From the IMG/VR virus record IMGVR_UViG_3300023055_000005: a stretch of DNA of 64,000 nt; one strand, written 5' to 3'. Numbering within the stretch: the stretch's first letter is position 1; every line of letters starts with the position of its first letter. The DNA is from a virus. Its lineage: Duplodnaviria > Caudoviricetes. Below are positions 1-8,874 of the stretch, piece by piece. The notes under the pieces were generated by a model. It ran no database searches, was not told the DNA's origin, and worked only from the letters and a program-made list of their open reading frames with translations. The position numbers and the translations under genes were made by a program.

Positions 1-189
1 GCCCGTACCAAGGCCCGCACCGAAACCCAGATCCGTCGCGGCGCCAACCGCGCCAAGAACGTGTTCCATGAAACCGTGCACAACAAGAAGCGCCTGGTCG
101 CCATCGGCGTGGGTGCGGCAGTGGTGATCGGGACGGTGATGCTGATCAATCACCTGAACAATGATGGTCCCGCGCTGATCGACGCCTAA
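1..189 (+). CDS. 3' end of a gene running in from the left edge; small membrane-anchored hypothetical protein
   Basis: Frame 1 is open from base 1 to TAA at 187-189 (…KKRLVAIGVGAAVVIGTVMLINHL…DA*), with a hydrophobic segment after basic residues. Confidence 0.6.
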   Translation, partial: ARTKARTETQIRRGANRAKNVFHETVHNKKRLVAIGVGAAVVIGTVMLINHLNNDGPALIDA

Positions 190-206
190 GAACCGCAAGC
201 GTCCAC

Positions 207-243
207 GAGAGGGGAGTAGTTATCTACTCTCCTCTCCTATTGG
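207..243 (+). terminator. Intergenic hairpin followed by CTATGG
   Basis: GAGAGGGGAGTAG-TTAT-CTACTCTCCTCTC stem (207-236), then CTATGG; a variant of the hairpin-TATG family. Confidence 0.55.
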
Positions 244-260
244 ACGGAGGAAAGAGACGA

Positions 261-701
261 ATGTCCGTCGTGATAAAACAACCCGCTATGCGCGATACCC
301 TGACTCGAATTTTTGAGAGCGTGGACAAGTTGGCCAGAAACGTAGGCTTCCTGTTCATGCATTTCGTCCTTCAAGGTAAGGTTGGCATGTTCAACTACGA
401 CTTTGAAGAAAACGAAGAAGACGGCCTGATCCACGTTCGTGGCAACGGCATTGAACCAAACCGCTACATCAAGTTCCGCATCGAGAACCGTTGGATGGCG
501 AGCAAGAGCAAGTTGCCCCCTTCCGCAGTTCGTGACATCTTCTCCCGCATCATCACCGCTGGGTTTTCTGTGACCGGTTTCCTCTACAAGGGATACTGGT
601 ACACACCCTACGGTGCACCAACCCGCCAACTTGGTGGTGACCATACGTTCGCAGACTATCGCCTCTGGAACAAGGACACCGCCGCTCAACTATCCCAGTA
701 A
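261..701 (+). CDS. Hypothetical protein
   Basis: ORF 240..701; GGAGG at 246-250 favours the ATG at 261. Confidence 0.7.
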   Translation: MSVVIKQPAMRDTLTRIFESVDKLARNVGFLFMHFVLQGKVGMFNYDFEENEEDGLIHVRGNGIEPNRYIKFRIENRWMASKSKLPPSAVRDIFSRIITAGFSVTGFLYKGYWYTPYGAPTRQLGGDHTFADYRLWNKDTAAQLSQ

Positions 702-709
702 GGAGCATC

Positions 710-1210
710 ATGAACGCAGTCGCAAACCCCGTCACCGGTCCCGCGCTCGGTGAAGTAGCCCTGGCCATGGGCAAAGTCTTCCATCATGCTTTCTGCCCGT
801 CTGCCGAGTGTGAAGCCGGCTGGCGCAAGATCGCCAAGATGTTCAAGGAGGTGGACAAGCGCACCGCCTACTTCCACATCGCTATCGGCCACAACAAGCT
901 GGTGATGACCAACTACGACGACAGGGGTCGTCAGCTTGTGAGCGCGACGCGTTCGTTTGATCGCCCCCGCGGGAAGCACGCAGCAAAGCAGCTCACCGGA
1001 GCTGAGCTGATGGATCTGGAACGCTCCATGTTCCACCTGACCGAGCACGAACATCTGCGCAAGATGGAAGTGCAGACGTTGATGGATATCCACCTGCCCA
1101 ATGTGGTCGATGAAATGAACCTGTCGATCTGCCTGAGCGAAGATGGTCGTCGACGCTTCCGCGTTGAACGTAACCCCAAGTTCGAACCGTCGATCTTCCG
1201 CACCATCTAA
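710..1210 (+). CDS. Hypothetical protein
   Basis: 166 aa ORF with AAGGAG RBS just upstream and phage-typical codon use. Confidence 0.75.
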   Translation: MNAVANPVTGPALGEVALAMGKVFHHAFCPSAECEAGWRKIAKMFKEVDKRTAYFHIAIGHNKLVMTNYDDRGRQLVSATRSFDRPRGKHAAKQLTGAELMDLERSMFHLTEHEHLRKMEVQTLMDIHLPNVVDEMNLSICLSEDGRRRFRVERNPKFEPSIFRTI

Positions 1211-1212
1211 AC

Positions 1213-1275
1213 GGCATAGGCTCCAGCTACCCGCAGGGGTAGCTGGAGCTATGTCCTTACTCTTTTTTTTTTGCC
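1213..1275. terminator. Bidirectional hairpin element plus T10 tract between convergent genes
   Basis: GGCATAG-GCTCCAGCTAC-CCGCAGGG-GTAGCTGGAGC-TATGTCC followed by TTACTC-T10-GCC. Confidence 0.8.
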
Positions 1276-2835
1276 TTATGCGGCGACTGAGCCCATCTCG
1301 AAACTATCGAACCATGGCATTTCTTCGCTCGTTCCAATCGCACCACCACCCGGCTTGCGGAGAGTAGTGTCCTTACCGTTGAAGTCCCACAGCAACGTGC
1401 CGATCTTCTGGAACGGAAGCGCGAAGTACATGTCGCGGTCTTCCGTCTGGTCGATGAGCCCTCGATGCTTACCACGTTGGAATGTGAGGTAGGCTCTACC
1501 ATCGATCTTGACGATGTGGATGTAGTACTCCAGATCCACTTCCTGATCGATACCCTTACAGCCGTCCCAATAACCCAGGTTCGCAACTTCCTTGACGAAG
1601 TCCGACTCAGAGATACCATCGCGCAGCTTCTGCTTTGCGTCAGAGGACAACTGGTGAGGGGTCATGATGTGAATACCCTTAGCCGAGCCAAGGTTACGCA
1701 CACGACGGATCAGATCCTTGATCTCGGCACCCGTTGCACCATGGGTACAGCCAGCCTTGTTGAACATGGCCAGGTAGTCGATCACCAGCAGGTGGATCTC
1801 ATAACCCATCGCCTCGAAGCGATTGATACGATCCTGCAAGCTGGCGTAGGAGAAGTCCGACGGGTTGACACGGACCATGTTGATCTCATAGCCCATCTGC
1901 GTCAGCTTACCGATGGTGTACTCGGCAATCTCTTCAGCAGAGAACTGAGTGGAGTCGATCTTGACCCCTTCCAGATTCTCCTTGATGAACTTGAACATCC
2001 ACAGCAGCTTATCACTCACCTTGTCCTCGGTGGAGATAAGCATCATCATCGGCTTCTTGGTCTTGTCCTTCAGGTAGGGCGTGTTGAACATGCACGCTGT
2101 AGCAAACACAGCGTTACACCAGCCCGACTTGAACTTGTGCTGCAGTGCACCCACCAAAGACATGTCACCGCGCCGCAGGCCCTTGTGGTGGCCCAGCATG
2201 CGCATGAAGCCCTGATACCCGACGATCATCACACCGTCGGTCTGGTTCTCTTCCTTGGCGCGTTCTACGGCGCCTGCGATCTTGGTAATGTCATCGAAGG
2301 TCAGATCGTTGTCATCTTGCTCGATGACAGCGGTGGCGTCGCTTCGATAGGGTTCCAGCTTGTCCATCAGATCTTGGACGTAGGTGCGCCAGTCAATACT
2401 GCCCGAATTGAACATCAGGGTACTGGAGGCCGAGCGAACCAGGCTGGTCACTGCATTGTTGCGATGGTAGTGGATCAGGTCACGACGATGGGACAACGCC
2501 TCATCACGGATCTTTTCCTGGTCGTCGATGTCGCGGATGCCCTGTTCGATGGCGTCAAACAGCCACGTCTCGTCACCCACGTTCACACGTATTCTTTGAA
2601 GCAATGCTTCCTTGTCTACAGACCGCTCTGCCTTGCGGTCAATGAGCCAGAGCACTGTTGCCCGCAGCCCCGTCATCACCTCACGTCCATGGTCGGTTTC
2701 GATCACGGACTCAGGAAGCTTGATGGAGTTCAAGGTCTCACGGATGAGATCATCAGAGCCAGAGCCATAGTCGGCAATCTGGCTTTCGCGGAACAACAGA
2801 GTTACCGCTTTTACGAGGAGGAGTTTTGCATCCAT
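1276..2835 (-). CDS. dnaB: DnaB-like replicative helicase (phiKZ gp118-like)
   Basis: SF4 helicase motifs: GDMSLVGALQHKFKSG (P-loop region), LLVIDYL (Walker B), TPHQLS, RGKHRG. ATG at 2835; alternative GTG at 2847. Confidence 0.85.
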   Translation of the reverse strand: MDAKLLLVKAVTLLFRESQIADYGSGSDDLIRETLNSIKLPESVIETDHGREVMTGLRATVLWLIDRKAERSVDKEALLQRIRVNVGDETWLFDAIEQGIRDIDDQEKIRDEALSHRRDLIHYHRNNAVTSLVRSASSTLMFNSGSIDWRTYVQDLMDKLEPYRSDATAVIEQDDNDLTFDDITKIAGAVERAKEENQTDGVMIVGYQGFMRMLGHHKGLRRGDMSLVGALQHKFKSGWCNAVFATACMFNTPYLKDKTKKPMMMLISTEDKVSDKLLWMFKFIKENLEGVKIDSTQFSAEEIAEYTIGKLTQMGYEINMVRVNPSDFSYASLQDRINRFEAMGYEIHLLVIDYLAMFNKAGCTHGATGAEIKDLIRRVRNLGSAKGIHIMTPHQLSSDAKQKLRDGISESDFVKEVANLGYWDGCKGIDQEVDLEYYIHIVKIDGRAYLTFQRGKHRGLIDQTEDRDMYFALPFQKIGTLLWDFNGKDTTLRKPGGGAIGTSEEMPWFDSFEMGSVAA

Positions 2836-2871
2836 TTGTATGAACACTTTTTCTTAAAGAGGATTTTTTCG

Positions 2872-3381
2872 ATGAAGATGCTGTTCGCACCCCTCTGGAT
2901 GATGCGCGCCATTGAGGCTGCGTCGCTCCCCAGAAGTGCACTGGTCAACATCCCCAAACTTTTGGGCATAGTATCGCCTGAGGATGTAAGACTTTATGTC
3001 GGACTGAATCTCCGTCTGGACGACATCCTCCCGAAGCCCATCACTGGCTCCTTCCACCAGTGCGATCTGCTGCCGCGGAGCGATGAATGCGAGGAGACTC
3101 GCCGTCGTTTGGACCTCGGTGAAGACTTCAATGCGTCGATTACCGACAAACGTATGAAGGATTGCGCTGAAGAGCTGGGCAAGTATGTACTTTCTTGCTA
3201 CCCATTCTCTGAAGACACGGTGCTGATTTATCAGACCTCCACCGTGGGCGTCACCGACATGGCTGCTCTGTACACCGACGTCATGAAGATCCTCAACACC
3301 AAGATGCCGTTCGAAGAGCTCATGCAAGAGCCCTGCGCACGCGCATGGCTCCGCCATACCCTCGATCAGCAAGCGGCCTAA
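2872..3381 (+). CDS. Conserved hypothetical protein between helicase and capsid genes
   Basis: Only the 3' part of ORF 1465..3381 looks coding (MKMLFAPLWMM…); AGAGGA RBS at 2858-2863; divergent from dnaB. Confidence 0.7.
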   Translation: MKMLFAPLWMMRAIEAASLPRSALVNIPKLLGIVSPEDVRLYVGLNLRLDDILPKPITGSFHQCDLLPRSDECEETRRRLDLGEDFNASITDKRMKDCAEELGKYVLSCYPFSEDTVLIYQTSTVGVTDMAALYTDVMKILNTKMPFEELMQEPCARAWLRHTLDQQAA

Positions 3382-3586
3382 CAAGGCCTGACAACCGCAT
3401 TAGGCTTTTGCCTATTCTCCAGAATGCGTGTGATTTCCTGTATGGTATGGACAGGTTATCCCCGCAGGTGGAGGCAGTCCAAGGACAGGGTCGGGCTAGT
3501 TGCAGCTCCCTAGGAAGATATTCTATGGGAAAAGTGGCCGCCCCTCGCCCGATCCTATTCTCACCAAACCGTCAAGGAACCCAGAA

Positions 3587-5869
3587 ATGCAGCGCCTCAA
3601 TATCGCCTCGCGTCCGCACAACCCCTACAAGCAGGGCATCGACAACCTGAAGTCGCTGGTTGCCAACCAGTCTGCCAACTTCGGCGGCAAGGAAGCAACC
3701 AACAACATCCTCTCGATGGAGAGCCTGAACGACAGCGCCTTCGCCAACCTGGAGCGCACCGCCGAAGGCATCGCGCTGAGCCTGGAAAGCCACTTCAGCG
3801 GCCTGGAAGCCGATGCTGCCATCAAGCTGACCCCGGCCCAGAAGACCGCCGGTGCCATGGTCGCCATGGCCTACGGCAACCCCGGCGAGTACCACAAGGC
3901 TGCGCTGACCCGCAAGGCCGTGTCGCAGGAAGGCGTGCGCATGTCCCACGCCAGCAACTTCGGCGCCGCCGGCCTGCTGGACTACACCGACCAGGTCGAG
4001 CCGGCGATGGAAGCCTTCGACGACCGCGAGCTGCAGAACTCGATGGCCTACTCCATCCAGTTCAACGTGGAAGCCGCCCGCCAGGACGACGCTTCCGAAC
4101 TGGCCTACCCGACCATCGTTGTCGGTCCGGACCAGGCTGCCATCGACGTCACCGTCGGTCGCTACCAGGTCCACAAGGAAATCCGTCGCAAGTCCGACGG
4201 CACCGAGACCAACTGGCACCTGCGCAACCTGATCGACGCGCACCGTGATGCCACCATCCTGGCCGACGAAGAAACCCGCGTCTACCCGGTCGTGGCCGGC
4301 GACGACAGCAACGCTGCTTCGTTCGTGGACGCCGCCATCGTTGGCGAGCGTACCGTCATCGTGTCGGGCTTCGACATCACCACCGCGCCGCTTGCCCTGC
4401 GCAAGAAGCACGAGATCATCGGCCTGTCCGCTCACCCGGAACTGATGGCCAACCAGATCCTGGACAACAGCGACGCGCTGGACGCCCGCCTGGCCCTGGA
4501 AACCCTGTACGTGCAGCTCGCCGACGGCGAAACCGGCGTGCCGGTCGACGTCAGCCGCCTGCCGCTGAACAGCTTCCTGAAGACCATCGAAGGTCAGAGC
4601 AAGGATCTGTCGCTGCGTTTCACCAGCGTCGGCATCACCCTGAACGCTGCGACCCGTACCGTCGACCAGTCGACCCCGGCCGTCGTTGCTGACCTGGCCA
4701 CCTCGAAGTACACCGTCAAGCTGCGCCTGCAGGCCTTCGGTGATGCGAACGTCCAGTACGCCACGGTGCGCGTGGATGCTCCGGAAGTCGAGGTCTACGC
4801 GATCCTGGACGAGAACTCCGATCTGGTCGACCTGAAGTCCGGCGCCGGCCTGGCGATCGTGGAAAAGCTGAAGGACGCCCGCATCGTCGGTTACGACCTG
4901 AAGGCCTACCGCACCAACAGCAACCGCCGTACCCGCGGCATGCAGCTGGACGTCCAGTGGGAAACCGAGCGTTACGTGATTCCGCTGGGTTCCCCGATCA
5001 GCGCCCCGAGCCCGATCACCGCCTCGCGCGATGCCTCGGACCTGAAGGCCCTGACCAACGCCGTCCGCATCCGCAACAGCAACAACGCGATCACCACCCT
5101 GTTCAACTACGCTGCCGCGCTGCGTGACTACGTCGCCGGCCCGCAGATCAAGGGCTCGATCGCGCCGCTGGAAGGCATGGGCCGCTTCCTGGTGACCCCG
5201 TTCTACGAAGAACTGGAACTGGACCTGGAGAAGGAAATCAACTCCATCCGTTCCTGGGACAAGGCGTTCGACGTGTCGGCCTGCCTGGTCAACGCGGTGC
5301 GTGACATCACCTACCGCATGTACCAGAAGTCCGGCTACCAGCAGGCGCTCGACGCGCACGCCGGTTCGGGCAACAAGCCGGTCCTGGGTCTGATCACCGA
5401 CCAGGTCATCACCCGTCACCTGATGGTGCAGGGCGATACCCGTACCTGGGCGACCGTGTTCGACGAGGCCAAGCAGGCCGTGTCGGTGGACAGCCGCATC
5501 GACGGCCACATCGTCATGTTCTTCACCCGTCCGTCCGCGCAGGGTGCCGATCCGCTGAACTTCGGCAACTTCGCCTGGATCCCGGAACTGACCAGCTCGG
5601 TGATGGTGAACCGCAACGGCGCCACCATCAAGGAAGCGATGGTCCAGCCGCGTGCGCGTCACTTCAACAACTGCCCGATCATGGCGATCATCAAGGTCAA
5701 GAACCTGGACAAGGTGCTGACCCTGAAGTCGACCGTGGCCGTGGACAGCACCGACGTGACCCCGGTCGTCGATCCGGGCACGGGCGCTGGCGGTGGCACC
5801 GGCAACGGTGGCAACACCGGCGGTGGCACCGGCGGCAACGGCGGCACCGGTGGCGGCACCGGCCCGTAA
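3587..5869 (+). CDS. Major capsid protein precursor (phiKZ gp120-like)
   Basis: About 760 aa with extreme codon bias and an AAGGAA RBS. Propeptide with SMES/SLES/AMEA sites; segments MEAFDDRELQNSMAYSIQFNVEAARQD, RTNSNRRTRG and PLNFGNFAWIPE; syntenic position after the helicase. Confidence 0.9.
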   Translation: MQRLNIASRPHNPYKQGIDNLKSLVANQSANFGGKEATNNILSMESLNDSAFANLERTAEGIALSLESHFSGLEADAAIKLTPAQKTAGAMVAMAYGNPGEYHKAALTRKAVSQEGVRMSHASNFGAAGLLDYTDQVEPAMEAFDDRELQNSMAYSIQFNVEAARQDDASELAYPTIVVGPDQAAIDVTVGRYQVHKEIRRKSDGTETNWHLRNLIDAHRDATILADEETRVYPVVAGDDSNAASFVDAAIVGERTVIVSGFDITTAPLALRKKHEIIGLSAHPELMANQILDNSDALDARLALETLYVQLADGETGVPVDVSRLPLNSFLKTIEGQSKDLSLRFTSVGITLNAATRTVDQSTPAVVADLATSKYTVKLRLQAFGDANVQYATVRVDAPEVEVYAILDENSDLVDLKSGAGLAIVEKLKDARIVGYDLKAYRTNSNRRTRGMQLDVQWETERYVIPLGSPISAPSPITASRDASDLKALTNAVRIRNSNNAITTLFNYAAALRDYVAGPQIKGSIAPLEGMGRFLVTPFYEELELDLEKEINSIRSWDKAFDVSACLVNAVRDITYRMYQKSGYQQALDAHAGSGNKPVLGLITDQVITRHLMVQGDTRTWATVFDEAKQAVSVDSRIDGHIVMFFTRPSAQGADPLNFGNFAWIPELTSSVMVNRNGATIKEAMVQPRARHFNNCPIMAIIKVKNLDKVLTLKSTVAVDSTDVTPVVDPGTGAGGGTGNGGNTGGGTGGNGGTGGGTGP

Positions 5870-5965
5870 CTGATTTGGGATGCTGGGTGGTAGGCAAATC
5901 CGCCACCCACGCATTTCAGAACAGGAACACCAAGTTCTACCTGCATTTCTGGCAGTACGGTGGAT

Positions 5966-6010
5966 CAGAGGAGGAGCTTCGGCTCCTCCTCTGGTTTTTC
6001 CTTTATGCCG
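5966..6010 (+). terminator. Rho-independent terminator of the capsid gene
   Basis: CAGAGGAGGAGC-TTCG-GCTCCTCCTCTG followed by GTTTTTC, then TTTATGCCG. Confidence 0.85.
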
Positions 6011-6106
6011 TCATCCAAAAAATCTTGAACCATACATCATTGAGGTGTAACAGGAAAGTTACGACCAAATCGATTTGGAAGTTCCAAAGAAATCTTAGGG
6101 GATACC

Positions 6107-7198
6107 ATGGGTAGAGTATTCCGTGCAGTGGTTACTCGGGAGAGCGAGAACCTGCGCGTGGATTCAAACAAGCGAATGGCTGCGGAAAATCCCTCCTGGT
6201 ATGGTAAGGAAATCACGTTCCACAACGGTCTCGGGATCACCGTTGATGCAACTGACGTACTGGGGGTAAAAGCTAGTGTACCTTCTTATTCGCGTAAGAA
6301 GATAGACGGGATATTTGAGATCGTAATCGTTTACAGGTGGCATCAATCTGTAAATGTCGACATCTCCTCAGTATCTTCTGGAGTAGCCGAAAATCAGACA
6401 AGAGTGCGCAAGGCACTTATTGATGCACTGGACAATTCGCGAGAGATGCAGGAGAAGTTCCGGCGTACTCGCAGCCTACACATCACCTTCACTCGTGAAG
6501 ACCTCCGAGACAACGGTGGTGCGTTCTACATCCGAGAAATCGACATGGTCGTTTCGGAGGCAGACTTGGACAGTGTCATCATTCATCCGCGGTCTGTGGA
6601 AAGCAATATCGAACGACTGTATGCCAAAGACAAGGAAGAAGCACGAGATGGCTTCTTCGGATTCAACATCAAGCTTGTCGACAATCATGGTAAACATGGC
6701 ACGCAGTATCTCAATCTCAATGGCGTCGTCCACGATGTCCACCCTGTGAGCGCACCAGGGGTCGATGACGGCGTTTATGTCCTTACGCGTCCGCCAGCAA
6801 CGGCGGGGTCAAACTTCCCATCCACTCCAGTTCTGGATTGGTGCACTCTTGAAGATGCAAGGAAGAAGTATCGTCTCTATGGGAGCTATCGTGAAGCCGA
6901 CTCACTCGGCGACTGGAAGGCAGAACAAGAGCGCAAGCGGGAAGAGGCAACGCAACAATTCAAGACAAAGGACATGGAGAACGTCCACACGCTGACAGAG
7001 ATCAAACGCGAATCTGATCTCGTGACGCACCACAGGAATCTGGAAATGCAACTCAGGAAGGAACGATCTGAAGAGGTCTCACTATCCCGACGCGAGCATA
7101 CGGAGTTCTGGAAATCAATGCCAGCAGTACTGACAGCGATCGGTGTGATTGTCGCTAGTGTTAAGACATTCTCGATGTTTGGCAATAACAAGAGTTAG
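6107..7198 (+). CDS. Hypothetical protein with C-terminal coiled coil and single transmembrane helix
   Basis: 363 aa; EQERKREE… coiled coil followed by MPAVLTAIGVIVASVKTFSMF; lies between the capsid and RNAP genes as in phiKZ-like phages. Confidence 0.7.
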   Translation: MGRVFRAVVTRESENLRVDSNKRMAAENPSWYGKEITFHNGLGITVDATDVLGVKASVPSYSRKKIDGIFEIVIVYRWHQSVNVDISSVSSGVAENQTRVRKALIDALDNSREMQEKFRRTRSLHITFTREDLRDNGGAFYIREIDMVVSEADLDSVIIHPRSVESNIERLYAKDKEEARDGFFGFNIKLVDNHGKHGTQYLNLNGVVHDVHPVSAPGVDDGVYVLTRPPATAGSNFPSTPVLDWCTLEDARKKYRLYGSYREADSLGDWKAEQERKREEATQQFKTKDMENVHTLTEIKRESDLVTHHRNLEMQLRKERSEEVSLSRREHTEFWKSMPAVLTAIGVIVASVKTFSMFGNNKS

Positions 7199-7226
7199 CA
7201 GTAACCATCCTTATCCCGAGGAAGAG

Positions 7227-8849
7227 ATGACGGACAAACATTACTCCAGGCTGCTCAGGGAAGTCACTCCACGACTTAACCCTGACATTGCAAACGGTCT
7301 GGCAACCAAGCATGTGCCTTACGTGGACAAGATGGTGGATGACATCTTCCGCACCGCAGCCGCCGGGTTCCCCGAAGGGCTGAAGTACGAAGGTTTCGCC
7401 CGCTGCACTCCGCGTGAGTGGTTCAAGGAGATCACCAAGCGGGTCAACAGCCAAAGGACTTGGGAAACTGCACGAACCTCCGCACACCTGAACAAGTACA
7501 TGTTCAGTTACATGGGTCAGCTGCTTGACCCCAGATTCATCTTCCTGCCCAACGTCATGGACGGCGGACTGATGTATCTGCGCGGCTCGTTGTTTGCGGT
7601 AGCGCCCGTACTGGCCGACCGCGTGTTCAGCATCAACGCAACATCGATCTTTATCCCATTGCAAGGCGCCAAGCTCACCTTTGAGCGAATGTATTACACC
7701 TTCATGCGTGACGGCATACAGGTGGATGCGCACTTGATCCACGCCTCGTTGTACAACCACACGGCGGAGGGCAAAGCGGAACTGGCTCGCCAGCCGATCC
7801 GTGGGGATTCGACGATGGCACACTACCTGTTCTGTCGCTACGGTGTGGAAGAGACCTTCAAGCGTTACGGAGGCACTGACATCATCGTGGGCGACTCGGC
7901 AACGATCAACGAGGAAGCGTACCCGGCCAAAGACTGGGTTATCTTCACCTCGGCACAGATCAAGCCACAGGGCGTTCGTCTGAAGATAGGTCACCCGGTC
8001 ACGGACATCCGCATGGCTATCCCTCGGGAGAACTATTCGGACGCAGTACACATCCTGGTCGGTAGTTTCTTCTATGCCATCGACCACTTCCCGGAACGGT
8101 TCCCGCTGGAGTTCGCGCTTGACATCACCCGATGGCAACTCGCGCTCGGCATCTTCCTGTTCGGCGAAGGGCAGAGCGAAGGTAAAATCCTGGAGCGCCT
8201 CGACGATCACCTTGCATCGCTCGATACCTACATGGATCGCAACTCCCGCAAGAAGCTGTTGGAAGACGGCGTAATTGTGGAGACGGTCTACGACCTGTTC
8301 TTCCACATGATCGACACCTTCCATAGCCGGCTGACCGGTAATGCAAAGGACATTGCCAGCATGTACGGCAAGCAGTTTGTGATCCTGAGGTACATCGTCT
8401 TCGATATCAACAAGGCGATCTACAACTTCAGCTTCAACCTGCGCAACTCGAAGAAGCCGATCTTGAATCCCAAGGAGATCAACGCCGAGCTTCGGCGTAA
8501 TCTGCGGACTGACCTGATCTTCCAGCTCAATCAGCCCACGCACAACGAAGTTACTTCGGTAACGTGCCCTGGTGACAACAAGGTCTTCAAGATCACTGCA
8601 CGACTGGTGGCCCAGACCAGTACGACAGGTGGTCGCGGTGGTAACAAGGGAAGCATGAGCGACCCCGCACGACAGCTGCACTCCTCCATGGCGGAGGTGG
8701 GTAGTTTCCGAAACATGTCTAAGAGTGATCCCACCGGCCGGGACCGTGCCAATGTGTACGTGCGCCTGTCCCATGACGGACTGGTGGAAAGGTCGCCAGC
8801 ACTTCGTCCGATCCTGGATGATGTGCAACAAAGAATCCAACGGCGTTAA
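7227..8849 (+). CDS. rpoB: Non-virion RNA polymerase beta subunit, N-terminal fragment (phiKZ gp123-like)
   Basis: About 540 aa, GAGGAAGAG RBS. FLPNVMDGGLMYLRGSLFAVAPVLADRVFS and C-terminal LHSSMAEVGSFRNMSKSDPTGRDRAN resemble the beta fork/rifampicin region; synteny with the capsid gene. Confidence 0.75.
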   Translation: MTDKHYSRLLREVTPRLNPDIANGLATKHVPYVDKMVDDIFRTAAAGFPEGLKYEGFARCTPREWFKEITKRVNSQRTWETARTSAHLNKYMFSYMGQLLDPRFIFLPNVMDGGLMYLRGSLFAVAPVLADRVFSINATSIFIPLQGAKLTFERMYYTFMRDGIQVDAHLIHASLYNHTAEGKAELARQPIRGDSTMAHYLFCRYGVEETFKRYGGTDIIVGDSATINEEAYPAKDWVIFTSAQIKPQGVRLKIGHPVTDIRMAIPRENYSDAVHILVGSFFYAIDHFPERFPLEFALDITRWQLALGIFLFGEGQSEGKILERLDDHLASLDTYMDRNSRKKLLEDGVIVETVYDLFFHMIDTFHSRLTGNAKDIASMYGKQFVILRYIVFDINKAIYNFSFNLRNSKKPILNPKEINAELRRNLRTDLIFQLNQPTHNEVTSVTCPGDNKVFKITARLVAQTSTTGGRGGNKGSMSDPARQLHSSMAEVGSFRNMSKSDPTGRDRANVYVRLSHDGLVERSPALRPILDDVQQRIQRR

Positions 8850-8874
8850 GCCAAGAACTGCGGAGTAAGCCCAG

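Noticed and set aside
1465-2871. 5' part of the 638 aa ORF 1465..3381
   Set aside because: Antisense to dnaB; the real gene starts at ATG 2872 with its own RBS.
3572-5914. 780 aa ORF antisense to the capsid gene, and similar long shadow ORFs (8884..11067, 13655..15682, 16513..18447, 23708..26338, 39211..42540, 42967..44847, 51975..54500)
   Set aside because: They mirror strongly codon-biased genes on the opposite strand, have no RBS or motifs, and show the V/G/D/H/Q-rich composition typical of antisense frames in GC-rich DNA.
5870-6114. Programmed frameshift or readthrough extension of the capsid protein
   Set aside because: In-frame TAG after 7 codons, no slippery heptamer seen, and the 79 aa alternative ORF crosses the terminator and looks non-coding.
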